This document shows, in pieces, positions 52,079-62,623 of a stretch of DNA of 64,000 bases. The number at the start of each line of letters is the position of its first letter. Within the stretch, counting starts at the first letter, position 1. The DNA comes from an uncultured Acidobacteriota bacterium (GTDB lineage Bacteria; Acidobacteriota; Vicinamibacteria; Vicinamibacterales; CAVVIG01). Below the pieces are notes generated by a model that worked only from the letters and a program-made list of their open reading frames with translations, was not told where the DNA came from and made no database searches. The position numbers and the translations under genes are program-made. The DNA lies in NCBI GenBank assembly GCA_963749565.1, contig CAVVNL010000022.1, positions 44,782 through 108,781 of the forward strand, written 5' to 3'.

Positions 52079-52196
52079 AGGTTAGAGGACTAGAGGTTAG
52101 AGGTTAGAGGTTAGGGACTAGAGGTTAGGGTTCAGCGTCCAACCTCCAACCTCCAACCTCCGACCTCCAACCTCTACCCTCCGACCTCTAACCTCT
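52067..52196. repeat. imperfect long hairpin made of complementary heptamer arrays (TAGAGGT)n / (AACCTCC)n
   Basis: The left arm 52067-52130 has about 9 units of (C)TAGAGG(A/T). The loop is TTCAGCGT. The right arm 52139-52196 has about 8 units of (A/G)ACCTC(C/T). The upstream gene's stop codon lies inside the left arm. Confidence 0.7.
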
Positions 52197-52206
52197 TACA
52201 GAGTTC

Positions 52207-53244
52207 GTGCGAAAGCCCGTCATCCTCATCACCGGCGCCGGCGGCGAGATCGGTCACGGGCTCGTGACCCGGCTCGCGGCGTCGGGGTCCGTGATCATCA
52301 CGCTGGACGTGACGCCGCTCGACGCGACGCTGGCGCCGCTCGTCTACGCGGGAGTTCACCGGATCGATCACCGATACCAGCCTGCTCGATCGCATGCTCG
52401 CCGAGTTCGAGGTCGATCGCGTGTATCATCTCGCCGCGCTGCTCTCCACGCGGGCCGAGTTCACGCCGACGAGCGCGCACCACGTGAATGTCGAGGGCAC
52501 GCTCAACCTGCTCGAGTTCGCGCAGCGGCAGGGCGAGTCGCACGGCCGCGCCGGTCGTCTTCGTCTATCCGTCATCCATCGCGGCGTACGGGCTGCCTGA
52601 TTCGTCGGTGAAGGCACGGGTCGGGCCGCGTGCGCGAGGACGAGTACACGCACCCGACGACCATGTACGGCTGCAACAAGCTGTACTGCGAGCATCTCGG
52701 CCGCTACTATGCCCGGCACTACAAGCAGCTCTCGGCCGACGTGGCGCGACGCGTCGATTTCCGCGCCGTCAGGTTTCCTGGCCTGATCTCCGCGATGACG
52801 ACGCCGTCGGGCGGGACCTCCGACTACGCGCCCGAGATGATCCATGCGGCGGTGCGCGGGCGAGCGCTATCGAATGCTTCGTCCGGCCGGACACGACGAT
52901 TCCGTTCATGGTGATGCCGGACGGCGTCGATGCGCTGCTGACGCTGGCGGCCGCGCCGCGCCAGGCGCTGACGCGAACGGAATACAACCTCCGCGCTTTC
53001 AATCCGTCGGCCGCCGAGATCCGCGACGTCGTGCTGCGGGCGTGCCCCGAGGCGTCGATCACGTTCAACGTCGATGACAAGCGGCAGGCCATCATCGATA
53101 CGTGGCCCGCCGACGTGGACGATTCCGCCGCGCGGACTGACTGGGGCTTCAATCCGGTGTACGATTTCGACCGCGCCTTTCACGAATATCTGATGCCAAC
53201 CATCCGCCGCCGGTACCGATGCCGATCGACTGATCGAGTCGTGA
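52207..53244 (+). CDS. NAD-dependent epimerase/dehydratase-fold SDR, L-threonine 3-dehydrogenase-like; about 5 frame breaks (about 52360, 52545, 52625, 52860, 53205)
   Basis: VILITGAGGEIGHGLV (Rossmann GxxGxxG), VYHLAALLS, TMYGCNKLYCEHLGRYY (YxxxK), DFRAVRFPGLISAMTTPSGGTSDYAPEMIHAAV (resembles the RYPGIIS...PGGGTTDYA signature of SDR-type TDH). The last frame ends in a TGA overlapping the thrB GTG. Confidence 0.7.
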
Positions 53245-54198
53245 CCGCGTTCGCGCCCGCGACGGTGTCGAACGTCGCGTGCGGCTTCGACGTGCTGGGC
53301 TTCGCGCTCGAGGCGCCGGGCGACGAGGTAACCGCACGCTTCGCGCCTGGCATGAACGTGCGCGAGCGCAGCGGGTGCCGTCAGATCGACGGCGATTACG
53401 GGCGACGGCGGGCGGCTGCCGCGAGAGGCGGACCGCAACACGGCCGGCGTCGCCGCGCGGGCGCTGCTGGCCGCGCTCGGCGAGCGGCGCGGCGTCGCGC
53501 TGAGCATCGCCAAGGGCCTGCCGCTCGCCAGCGGGCTCGGCGGCAGCGCCGCCAGCGCGGCCGCGGCGGTGGTCGCCGTGGACGCGCTCCTCGACGCGCA
53601 TGCGCCGCTCGATCTGTTGATCGCGTGCGCGATCGAAGGCGAAGGCCTCGGCGCCCGCTCCGCGCATCCCGACAACATCGCGCCGGCGCTCTGTGGCGGC
53701 TTCGTCCTCGTCCGGCATCCGAATCCGCCCGACATCATCCGCCTGCCGGTCCCCGCCGGCCTGATGGCGGTCGTCGTGCATCCCGATCTCGAGATCGAGA
53801 CGGCGAAGGCCCGCGCGCTGCTCGGCACCACCGTGCCGCTCGCCGACGCGATCCGGCAGTGGGCGAACCTCGGCGCGCTCGTCGACGGCCTTCACCGGGC
53901 GGACTTCGCGCTCATCTCGCGCGCGCTCGAAGACACGATCGCCGAACCGCGCCGGGCGTCGCTCGTTCCCGGCCTCGCGGCGATCAAGCAGGCGGCCGTC
54001 GATGCGGGCGCGCTCGGCTGCAGCCTGTCGGGATCGGGGCCGTCGCTGTTCGCGCTGTGCCGAGGGACCGACGTGGCCCGGCGCGTGGCGGACGCGATGA
54101 CCCGCGCCGTCAAGGCGCATATCGGCGGCGAGCCGCAAACCTACGTGTCGCCCATCGCTCCGCAAGGCGCCCGCGTCGTCTCATCATGCGCTTCGTAA
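53241..54198 (+). CDS. thrB: homoserine kinase (GHMP family); frame break about 53390
   Basis: VTAFAPATVSNVACGFDVLGFA, KGLPLASGLGGSAASAAAAV (GHMP motif 2), NIAPALCGGF, GCSLSGSGPSLFAL (motif 3). Confidence 0.8.
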
Positions 54199-55564
54199 CG
54201 ACGAAGAGCGCGCCGCGACCGCAGCCGGTCGCCGCGGTGTCGTTTGCCTTCGCGCTGTTCGAAGGCATCGCGCCCGACGGCGGGCTGTACGTCCCCGAGT
54301 CGATTCCGCGGTGGCCCCCGGAGGAGCTCGCGCGGCTGCCGTCGATGACGCTGGCGGACGTCGGCGCCCGCGTCCTTCAACCCTTTGTCGACGAGCTCGA
54401 TCGCGACGCGCTCCTGGCGATCGTGGAGGAGGCGCTCTCGTTTCCCATCCCGCTCGTCGAGGTCGAGCCGGGCATTTACGCGCTCGAGCTGTTCCACGGC
54501 CCGACGCTGGCCTTCAAGGACGTCGGCGCGCGCGTGATGGCGCGGCTGATGGCCGCCTTGTTCCAGCGGTGACAACCCGCTCACGATTCTGGTGGCCACC
54601 TCCGGCGACACCGGCAGCGCCGTCGCGCACGCGTTTCACGGGGTCCCCACACGCGCGTCGTGATTCTCTATCCCAAGGGCCGCATCAGCCCGACGCAGGA
54701 AGCGCAGCTGACGATGTTCAACGGCGAGGCGACGAACGTGCGCGCGTACGCCACGGCCGGCAGCTTCGACGACTGCCAGCGGCTGACCAAGGCGGCGTTC
54801 GCCGACCCGGTGCTGTCGCGGCGCGCGAACCTGACGTCGGCCAACTCCATCAACATCGGCCGGCTGCTGCCGCAGATGATCTACTACGTCCACGCCATCG
54901 GCCAGCTTGCGGCAGCGCGCAGCGGCGTCGCGGACTCGGTCTGCCGTCTTCTCCACGCCGAGCGGCAACTTCGGAAACCTCACCGCCGGGCTGATGGCCA
55001 AGCGGCCGGCCTGCCGATCGGTCAGTTCGTCGCCGCGACCAACGTCAACGACGTCGTGCCGGAGTATCTCGTCACCGGCCGGTTCGAGCCGCGCCCGTCG
55101 ATCCAGACCTCGCGAACGCGATGGACGTCGGCAACCCGAGCAACTTCGATCGCCTGATGTGGCTCTACGAGCGGCGATCTCGACGCGATGCGCCGCGACA
55201 TCGCCGGCAGCCGCCACGACGACGACGAGGTGCGCGCGACGATTCGAAGCGTCTACGAGGAGCGCGGATACCTGCTCGATCCGCACAGCGCGATCGCGTA
55301 TCTCGGACTGAAGTCGGGCAGTCGTGGCGGGCAGGCGGGAGCGGCCGGAGCAGGGCAGGCCGGCGTGTTTCTCGCGACCGCGCATCCGGCGAAGTTCGCG
55401 GAGATCGTCGAGCCGGTCATCGGCCGGCCGATCGAGAAGCCGCAGCCGCTGGTCGAAGCGCTCGCCGCCAGGCGGCACGATTCTGGAGATCGACGCGACG
55501 CTCGGAGGCGGTCGAGAAGGTCCTTGGCCGAGTGAAGTACATCGTACCGGGCCGGATGTGCTGA
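54186..55564 (+). CDS. thrC: threonine synthase; about 8 frame breaks
   Basis: MRFVTTKS...GGLYVPE, ELFHGPTLAFKDVG (PLP lysine), ILVATSGDTGSAVAHAF, VILYPKGRISPTQEAQ, ANSINIGRLLPQMIYY, VFSTPSGNFGNLTAGLMAKR, NAMDVGNPSNFDRL, GYLLDPHSAIAYLG, VFLATAHPAKF. The pieces are found in ORFs 52488.., 54660.., 54907.., 55188.. and 55121... Confidence 0.8.
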
Positions 55565-55588
55565 CCGGCGTGCGAGCGGCACGGGATC

Positions 55589-55782
55589 GTGCCGACCGCC
55601 CGCACGCCGCCGGAGCTGGCCCGCGGGTTCGTGCGCGACCTGTACTGCTACGAGCTGCGCGTGCTGCGCGACCGGATGCTGCCGCCACGAGTTTCCCGAA
55701 GCAGGAGTACGCCGGCCGCGTCATCGCGCTGCGCGACACCTATCGCGTCCTGTCGCTCCGCCTGCGCGAGTGGCTGGCCTGA
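55589..55782 (+). CDS. possible small protein (about 64 aa); frame break about 55685
   Basis: MPTARTPPELARGFVRDLYCYELRVLRDRML joins EFPKQEYAGRVIALRDTYRVLSLRLREWLA. No recognisable family. Confidence 0.3.
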
Positions 55783-55847
55783 AAGACTGGGAATATCGTG
55801 ATCCAGTTCCGCTCGCGGCGCTCGTACCAATTCGGCGTCCGACGCAC

Positions 55848-56400
55848 ATGGCGACCGGACAGATCGGACCGCACGACGTGCCCACCGCGCCGACGGCTGA
55901 CGAGCTGACAGCGAAGGTGTACAACGAGCTGCGGCGGCTGGCGGGGGCCTTCATGCGCCGCGAGCGGCCGGGCCAGACCCTTCAGGCGACGGCGCTCGTG
56001 CACGAGGCCTACCTCCGGCTGGCGGGTGCGGGCACGCCGTGGACGCGACGAACGCCACTTCGTCGGGATCGCCGCGCGGTCGATGCGGCAGATCCTCGTC
56101 GAGCGGGCGCGCGCGCGCGGCGCGCAGAAGCGGTGGGGCGGCCTCGACCGGGTGTCGCTCGTCGACTCGCTGATTGGCGCCCGCAGCGAGGACGCCATGC
56201 TTCCGGCGCTGGACGAGGCGCTTACCCGCCTGGAAGCGATCGACCCGGAGCAGGCGCGCATCGTCGAGCTCCGGTTCTTCGGGGGCCTCAGCATCGAGGA
56301 GGCTGCCACGGCGATGGATATGTCGCCCGCGACGCTCAAGCGCCGGTGGACCCTCGCGCGCGCGTGGCTGTTTCGCGAGCTGAGCGACGCGGCGCCATGA
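55848..56400 (+). CDS. ECF-type sigma-70 factor (Sigma70_ECF/TIGR02999-like); frame break about 56035
   Basis: ELTAKVYNELRRLAGAFMRRERPGQTLQATALVHEAYLRL (region 2). ERHFVGIAARSMRQILVERAR...IVELRFFGGLSIEEAATAMDMSPATLKRRWTLARAWL (region 4) lies in ORF 56026..56400. Confidence 0.8.
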
Positions 56401-57868
56401 CACCCGAACAGCATCGCCGCGTCCGTGAGATCTTCGAGGCGGCCGTCGATCGTGATGCCGCCGAGCGCCGATCGTGGGTCGCGCGGCAGGCTGCCGACGA
56501 TCCGGCCGTCCGCGACGAAGTCCTTTCGCTGCTCGATCATCACGAGCGCGCGGGCGCCTTCCTGAGCGAGCCGATCGTCGAGCGCGTTCCCGAGCTTCTG
56601 GCCGACGAGGCGGTCCTGCTGCCCGGAACGATCCTCGGCGCCTACACGATTATCAGGGAGCTGGGCCGCGGCGGCATGGGACGGGTGTACCTCGCGTCGG
56701 ACGCGCGCCTCGGGCGCCAGGTGGCGCTCAAAGCGCTGGCGCCGCACCTGACGCGGGATCCGATGCACCGGGAACGCCTGCGGCGCGAAGCGCGGGCCGC
56801 TGCCGGGCTGACGCATCCGGGAATCTGCGCCGTCTACGCGCTCGAGGAGACCGACGACGATCTGTTCATCGTCACCGAATACGTCGACGGGGTCACGCTC
56901 CGCGACGAGATCACCTCGGGGCCGCGTCCGTCGGCGGCCGAGATCGTGCGCACGGCGAGGGAGATTGCCGGCGCCCTCGCCGCCGCGCACGCGCGCGGCG
57001 ATCATCCATCGCGATCTGAAGCCGGAAAACATCATGCGGGCGCGCGACGGGAGGCTGAAGATCCTGGACTTCGGCCTGGCCCGATATCGAGACGAGTCGG
57101 CGTCCGCGACGTCCCGGACGTTCGTCACCGAGCCGGGAGTCCTGATCGGAACGCCCGCCTACATGGCTCCGGAACAGTTGAACGGCGGCGTGGTCGACGT
57201 CCGCGCCGACGTCTTCGCGTTCGGCGCGCTGCTCTACGAGTATATCTGCGGCGTGCATCCGTTCGCCGCGGCGACGCCGCTCGCGACCGTGGCACGAGTG
57301 CTCGAAAGCGATGCGCGCCCGCTGGCCCACCAGTGCCCGCACGCGCCGATTGCGGTGCTCGAGTGCATCGAGCGCTGCCTGCGCAAAGCACCCGACCAGC
57401 GGTTCCACTCGGGGGCCGAGCTGGTGGCTGGCGCTCGATCGCGCCGACGAGCCGGTCGGCCGGCGCGCCGGCGCCACCTGGTGGCGGACGCATCAACTCG
57501 TCATCATCGGCATCTACCTCGTCGCGTCATCGCTCGGGTGGCAGATCAAGGAGTGGGTCAACGTTCCCGCGACGGTGTCGCTGTTCATCGCCCTCGGCGT
57601 GGGTTCGGCGATCGGCGGGGTGCTGCGCGGGCACCTCGTGTTCACCGAACACTTCAACCGCCAGAACCTCGCCGGCGAGCGTCGTCGGGCGGCGACGGCG
57701 CTGATGATCGTCGATGTCCTGATGGCGCTGGCGCTCGTCGCCGATGCGACGATGCTCGTGGCCTGGCCGCTGACAGCCGTGTTGACGATGGGTCTCGGCG
57801 TCGGGATCGCGCTCGCGGCGCTCGTGCTGGAGCCGGCCACGACCAGGGCCGTGCTGGGGGATGCGTAA
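56397..57868 (+). CDS. Ser/Thr protein kinase with N-terminal sigma-associated region and C-terminal membrane domain; frame breaks about 57000 and about 57425
   Basis: ATGA overlap with the sigma gene. GRGGMGRVYLA, VALKAL, IIHRDLKPENI, KILDFGLA, GTPAYMAPE. C-terminal TM helices WWRTHQLVIIGIYLVASSLGW... lie in ORF 57311..57868. Confidence 0.8.
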
Positions 57869-58853
57869 TTGCTCGCCATCGAGATCTCCAGGTTCGGCGG
57901 ACCCGAAGTGCTGGTGCCGGCCGAGCGCCCGCGTCCGGTGCCGCAGGCCGGCGAGGTGTTGATCAGCGTGGCGGCCGCCGGGGTCAACCGTCCCGATTCG
58001 GCGCAGCGTCGCGGGGCATCTATCCGCCTCCGCCGGCGCCTCCGATATCCCCGGCCTGGAAGTCGCCGGGACCGTCGCGGAAACCGGTCCCAATGCAGGT
58101 GACTGGCGGGTCGGCGATCGGGTGTGCGCGCTCGTGGCCGGCGGCGGGTATGCCGAGTACTGCGTGGCGCCGGCCGTGCAGTGCCTGCCGGTTCCGCGCG
58201 GGCTCGACATGGTGGCCGCCGGCGGCGATTCCCGAAACATTCTTCACGGTCTGGAGCAACGTCTTCGAGCGCGGCCGGCTGAAGCCCGGCGAATGGATCC
58301 TGATCCACGGCGGGTCGAGCGGAATCGGCATGACGGCCATTCAACTGGCGCACGTGCTCGGCGCGCGCGTGCTGACGACCGCCGGGTCGGCCGAGAAGTG
58401 CGCGGCCTGCGAGCGGGCGGGCGCCGAGCGCGCGATCAACTATCGTGAGACCGACTTCGTCGCCGCCGTGCGCGACGCCACCGGCGGCCGCGGCGTCGAC
58501 GTCGTCCTGGACATCGTCGGGGGAGACTACCTGCCGCGCAACATCGAGATCCTCGCCGTCGAAGGACGGCTCGTGCAGATCGGGCTTCAGGGCGGATCCA
58601 GCGCGCCGCTCGACATGGCGTCGCTGCTGATGAAGAGGCTGACGATCACCGCGTCCACGCTGCGCGCCCGATCGGTGGCGGAGAAAGGCGCCCTCGCGGC
58701 GGCCGTCAAGGCCAACGTGTGGCCGCTTCTCGAATCGGGCGCCGTCAGCCCGGTAATTCACGCGACGTTCCCGCTCCGATCGGCCGCCGAGGCGCATCGC
58801 CTGCTCGAGTCGAGCCAGCACATCGGCAAGATTGTCCTGGTCACGTTGCATGA
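57869..58853 (+). CDS. qor: NAD(P)H:quinone oxidoreductase (zinc-independent MDR, PIG3/Qor family); frame breaks about 58008, 58035 and 58215, and at the 3' end
   Basis: MLAIEISRFGGPEVLVPAERPRPVPQAGEVLISVAAAGVNRPD, IYPPPP, GASDIPGLEVAGTV, ALVAGGGYAEY, IPETFFTVWSNVF, LIHGGSSGIGMTAIQLA, HIGKIVLV. Confidence 0.8.
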
Positions 58854-60152
58854 TTTCTCGCGTCGCTCCTTCGTCGCCCTTCAGCATCGGAACTTCCGGC
58901 TGATCTGGATCGGTCTGTTCTTCTCGTTCACCGGGTCGACGATGCAGAACGCGGCGCTGCTGTGGCAGGTGTCGCTGCTCGTGCCGCCGGATCAAAAGGG
59001 GCTGGCCCTGGGCCTCGTCGGCCTCGTCCGGGTCGTGCCGATCGTCGTCTTCTCGATGCTCGGCGGCGTCGTCGCCGACGCGTGGAACCGGCGCAAGCTG
59101 ATGCTGTTCACGCAGACCGGGTCCGCCCTTGTCGCGCTGTCGCTCGCGTATCTGACGTTCCGCGGGTCTGTCGAGCGTGTGGCCGATCTACGTGCTGGCG
59201 GCCCTCAGTTCCGCCGTGGCCGCGTTCGACCTGCCGGCGCGGCACGCGCTGCGTGCCGATGCTGGTGCCGCGCGAGCATCTGCCGAATGCGATCGGCCTC
59301 AACGCCACCATGTTCCAGACGGCGTCGGTCGCCGGCCCGGCGCTCGGCGGCGTCATGATCGCGACGGCCGGCCTCGGCTGGACCTACGTGGGCAACGCCC
59401 TCTCCTTCGGGTTCGTGATCGTCGCGCTGCTCGGCGATGCGGAACGTGCGCGACCGCGAGCCGTCGGAAGGCGGATCGCGCGACGACGTGTCGCTGCACG
59501 CCGCGCTCGAAGGCCTGCGATTCGTGTTCCGGGCGCCGCTCATCCGATCGACGATGCTGCTCGATTTCTTCGCGACGTTCTTTTCGTCGGCGACGGCGCT
59601 GCTGCCGATTTTCGCGCAGGACATCCTGCACGTCGGGGCGCGGGGCTACGGCTTGCTGTACGCGGCGCCTGCCGCGGGCGCGCTGATCACGAGCGCTGCG
59701 ATGGTGTTGCTGGTCGAGCGGATCGAGCCGTCGCGGGCCAACGCTCCTGTGGGCCGTCGGCGGTTACGGCCTGGCGACCGTGGTGTTCGGGATCTCACGG
59801 TCGTTCTGGATGACGTTCGTCTGCCTCGCGCTCATCGGCGCGAGCGACACGGTCAGCATGGTCATCCGCAACATCATCCGGCAGCTCGAGACGCCGGACC
59901 GGCTGCGCGGCCGCATGGCCGGCGTCAACATGGTGTTTTTCATCGGCGGACCGCAGCTCGGCGAGTTCGAAGCGGGCCTGGTGGCGAACTGGCTCGGGAG
60001 CGACCTTCTCGGTGGTCAGCGGGGGCATCGGATGCCTGGTGGCCACGATCTGGGTCGCGGCGACGACCCCGGCGCTCCGGCACTACGGGAAACCCGAGGA
60101 CTCCGGGCTGTTGGCCCTCGGCTCCGGGCTCCAGCCAGAACCCAAGCGTTAG
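58846..60152 (+). CDS. MFS transporter (MFS_3/EntS-like); about 5 frame breaks (about 59165, 59255, 59435, 59740, 60005)
   Basis: SFVALQHRNFRLIWIGLFFSFTGSTMQNAALLWQV, VWPIYVLAALSSAVAAFDLPARHAL, VPMLVPREHLPNAIGLNATMFQTASVAGPALGG, RSTMLLDFFATFFSSATALLPIFAQD, SFWMTFVCLALIGASDTVSMVIRNIIRQLETPDRLRGRM. Start is TTG 58846 or ATG 58850. Confidence 0.75.
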
Positions 60153-60198
60153 AGTGGTTTTGATATGTCTGTAGTGGTCGCCTACCGTGCTACGGCGA

Positions 60199-60354
60199 TT
60201 ACTCGGGCAGGTTTCTCCCGCGTTGCGCCGCTCGCCATCCGTCGCTGACAGAGCCCAAGTCGTCCAGCCCGAAGGGCGTGCGTACCGCCGCCCACACAAA
60301 AACTGCGAGGGCCAGTAACCCGCCGCCCGCGATGAATCCAAACAGAATCCGCAT
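60199..60354 (-). CDS. possible small single-TM protein
   Basis: MRILFGFIAGGGLLALAVFVWAAVRTPFGLDDLGSVSDGWRAAQRGRNLPE. Hydrophobic helix only, no family match. Confidence 0.3.
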   Translation of the reverse strand: MRILFGFIAGGGLLALAVFVWAAVRTPFGLDDLGSVSDGWRAAQRGRNLPE

Positions 60355-60604
60355 CGCCGTTCTTCCTGATGGCGATAGCGCCACCGATCAACGACAGCCA
60401 CGACTTTGCGGGTCAAGGCCAAGACCCGGAAGGTGTGGCGTCGCGTACGATACTACTTATCGGTGGGGGACGGCCAGGCATCATAGGCAACGAGGCATTG
60501 ATCCGCGTGTCGCGGTGCCTCGCCGCTCCCGAGACTGCGTTTCTATCGATTGCTCGAGGGACGTTATGAAATAGGGCGATCTCCCTATCTTGACTTGCCC
60601 TCGT

Positions 60605-62206
60605 TTACCACACGATTTCTGGATTCGCGAGGATCACCACGCCGGCCATCACTGCCGCCAGGTAGTCGCTCAAATACCCCTGCGTCGCGAGCGCGAATGG
60701 ATCGCGCGAACCGGATTCGCCGATCGCACGAGCGACGTGACTTTCGCCCTGGTTATATGCGGCAAGGGCGAGGTGCCAGTCACCGAACTGCCGGTGGAGG
60801 TATCCCAGGTAGGCGATGGCGGCATCGGTTTCCTTCGCGACGTCGAGGCGTTCGTCGATCCCTCTCGAAGGTTGGACTGAGAGCCCGTAGCGTCTGGCCG
60901 TCTCAGGGACGAACATCCAGATCCCAGCCCCACGCATAGCCGGTGTGAGGGTCGGTTCCGTTGGCAGGCCGTCGTCGTTGCGAAACCCCGACTCCACGAG
61001 CGCGACGGCGACGAGGGACGCCGGCATTCCGCTCTCGGCGAGGCGTTGCTCGATGGCGGCACGGTAGCCGGGCATCCGCTGCAGGGCGCCTTGGATGAAC
61101 TCGCGGCCTGCCGGCGTCCCGACGATCCGGTTGATGCGCTCGAGCACCTGATCGTTGATGACGACGGGAAAGTCCGAAGCCTGGGCTCGAGCAGCGAGCC
61201 CGCGAGCCTGGTCCGCCCCGATGACGCGGTCCTGGAGGGAGTTCTGGAGCGCGAAGGCCGAGCCGGCGAGGACCAGCAACGCGACGAGTGACGCGAAGAT
61301 CGAGTGACGCGGCGTGATGGGGGGATTGAGCATGATCTCGATCCTTCTCCTGAGGAAGCTGTCGTTGATAGCGGCCATTTCGGTGGTCGCGAGGACGTGC
61401 GAGGGTCTCCGGACAGCGAGTGCGGCGCTCGCCATGTCGGCGAGGCATCCGGCATAGGTTCGGGGGTCAACCCGACGCCCGACGACGAGCGCCTCGTCAC
61501 AGGCGAGTTCCATGAGCTCTGTGAAGAGACGTGACCACGCGCGTGTCGCAGGATTCCAGAACGTGAGCGCGGACGCGGCCTCAAACACCTGGATCCAAAT
61601 CGTGTCGCGCTGGCGATGGTGCGCAAGCTCGTGACGGACGGCAATCGCATAGTGCGGGGTGTCGACGGCGACCAGCGTCTCGGGGATCGCCACATACGCG
61701 CGCCCGAAGAGCCACGCGGAAAACGGCACGTGCTCGCTGTTTGTCGCGACGACGGATACGCGACCGATGCGCCTGATGGATGGCAGCGCATCGAGCCTGC
61801 GGCGCAGGAGAAAGAGCCAGGTCACGAGCCACACGATCCTGCCGGCCGCCGCGGCCCCGACGCCGGCGAGGAGGAGCGCGAGACCCCGATTGTCGAAGGA
61901 GATCTCTCGTCCTCCGGCACGCCCTGTGGTGCCGACGAAGGTGGTGGACGCGGTAGCGGGGCGCCCGACGTCGCCGCCGGACCACACCTGGGCCGCGGCA
62001 GGAAGCAGCGGCTGATGGGGCAGCGCCCTGAGCGCGAGCGGCAGCGCGAACGCGAGAACGAAGGCCGCCTGGGCGCAGCGCAGTCCTTGCCGACGGGATT
62101 GGCCACTCCGTGTAGCCATCGTCCGCGCGAGCAAGAGCGCGCCGCATAGCAACACGTTGATCTCGACGATGAGTCGAAGCGCGCCGAAGATGGCCCGTGG
62201 CTCCAT
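60605..62206 (-). CDS. BlaR1-like M56 zinc-metalloprotease signal transducer with C-terminal lytic transglycosylase (SLT) domain
   Basis: ATG at 62206. N-terminal TM helices. AIAVRHELAHHRQRDTIW (HExxH of M56). A further TM helix IFASLVALLVLAGSAFAL. SLT motifs VALVESGF (catalytic Glu-Ser), GIWMFVPETARRYGL, AIAYLGYLHRQFG, ALAAYNQGESHV. Intact 533-aa ORF. Confidence 0.85.
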   Translation of the reverse strand: MEPRAIFGALRLIVEINVLLCGALLLARTMATRSGQSRRQGLRCAQAAFVLAFALPLALRALPHQPLLPAAAQVWSGGDVGRPATASTTFVGTTGRAGGREISFDNRGLALLLAGVGAAAAGRIVWLVTWLFLLRRRLDALPSIRRIGRVSVVATNSEHVPFSAWLFGRAYVAIPETLVAVDTPHYAIAVRHELAHHRQRDTIWIQVFEAASALTFWNPATRAWSRLFTELMELACDEALVVGRRVDPRTYAGCLADMASAALAVRRPSHVLATTEMAAINDSFLRRRIEIMLNPPITPRHSIFASLVALLVLAGSAFALQNSLQDRVIGADQARGLAARAQASDFPVVINDQVLERINRIVGTPAGREFIQGALQRMPGYRAAIEQRLAESGMPASLVAVALVESGFRNDDGLPTEPTLTPAMRGAGIWMFVPETARRYGLSVQPSRGIDERLDVAKETDAAIAYLGYLHRQFGDWHLALAAYNQGESHVARAIGESGSRDPFALATQGYLSDYLAAVMAGVVILANPEIVW

Positions 62207-62586
62207 CACCGGCGTTTCCTCAGGAGCGACCGGATTGCCGCGAGCTTCTCTTCGGTGAGCTCCTCGATCTCGAGGAGCCGGCGCACGAGCGCATCGGGAG
62301 CGCCGTCGAACACGCGTTGCACGATGTGGCGCAAGCTCGTCGCCTCGTACGCCGCCTTCGAGATGCGCGGCACGTAGACGTGGCCGCGCCCCTCTTTGCG
62401 AACGACGAGCACGCCCTTGCCCACCAGGATGCGCAGCACCGTCGAAACCGACGTGTAGGCGAGCGTTCGCGCGGAGGGCAGCGTCGCCAGTACGTCGTGG
62501 ACCGTGCCCTCCCCCAGCTGCCACAGGGCAGTCATGAGCTCGAGCTCGACGCCGGTGAGGAGCTTCTGCCTGGGAGGCTTCGCCAT
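62206..62586 (-). CDS. BlaI/MecI/CopY family transcriptional repressor
   Basis: MAKPPRQKLLTGVELELMTALWQLGEGTVHDVLATLPSARTLAYTSVSTVLRILVGKGVLVVRKEGRGHVYVP (wHTH). C-terminal dimerisation helix. The stop overlaps the M56 start (TGATG). Confidence 0.85.
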   Translation of the reverse strand: MAKPPRQKLLTGVELELMTALWQLGEGTVHDVLATLPSARTLAYTSVSTVLRILVGKGVLVVRKEGRGHVYVPRISKAAYEATSLRHIVQRVFDGAPDALVRRLLEIEELTEEKLAAIRSLLRKRR

Positions 62587-62623
62587 CCGATCCAGAGAGT
62601 AATCACTAATGCCAGGTGAATTC

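Noticed and set aside
52067-52196. CRISPR array or coding tandem repeat
   Set aside because: The 7-nt units are contiguous with no spacers, and the second half is the reverse complement of the first. This is a hairpin, not a CRISPR array, and no cas genes are nearby.
52488-54572. Single 694-aa ORF (also 55770..57704, 56965..59358 and 10596..13382)
   Set aside because: These are chimeric open frames. Absence of stops in high-GC DNA lets one frame run through parts of several real genes (SDR/thrB/thrC; sigma/kinase; kinase/qor/MFS). Only the segments with motifs were used.
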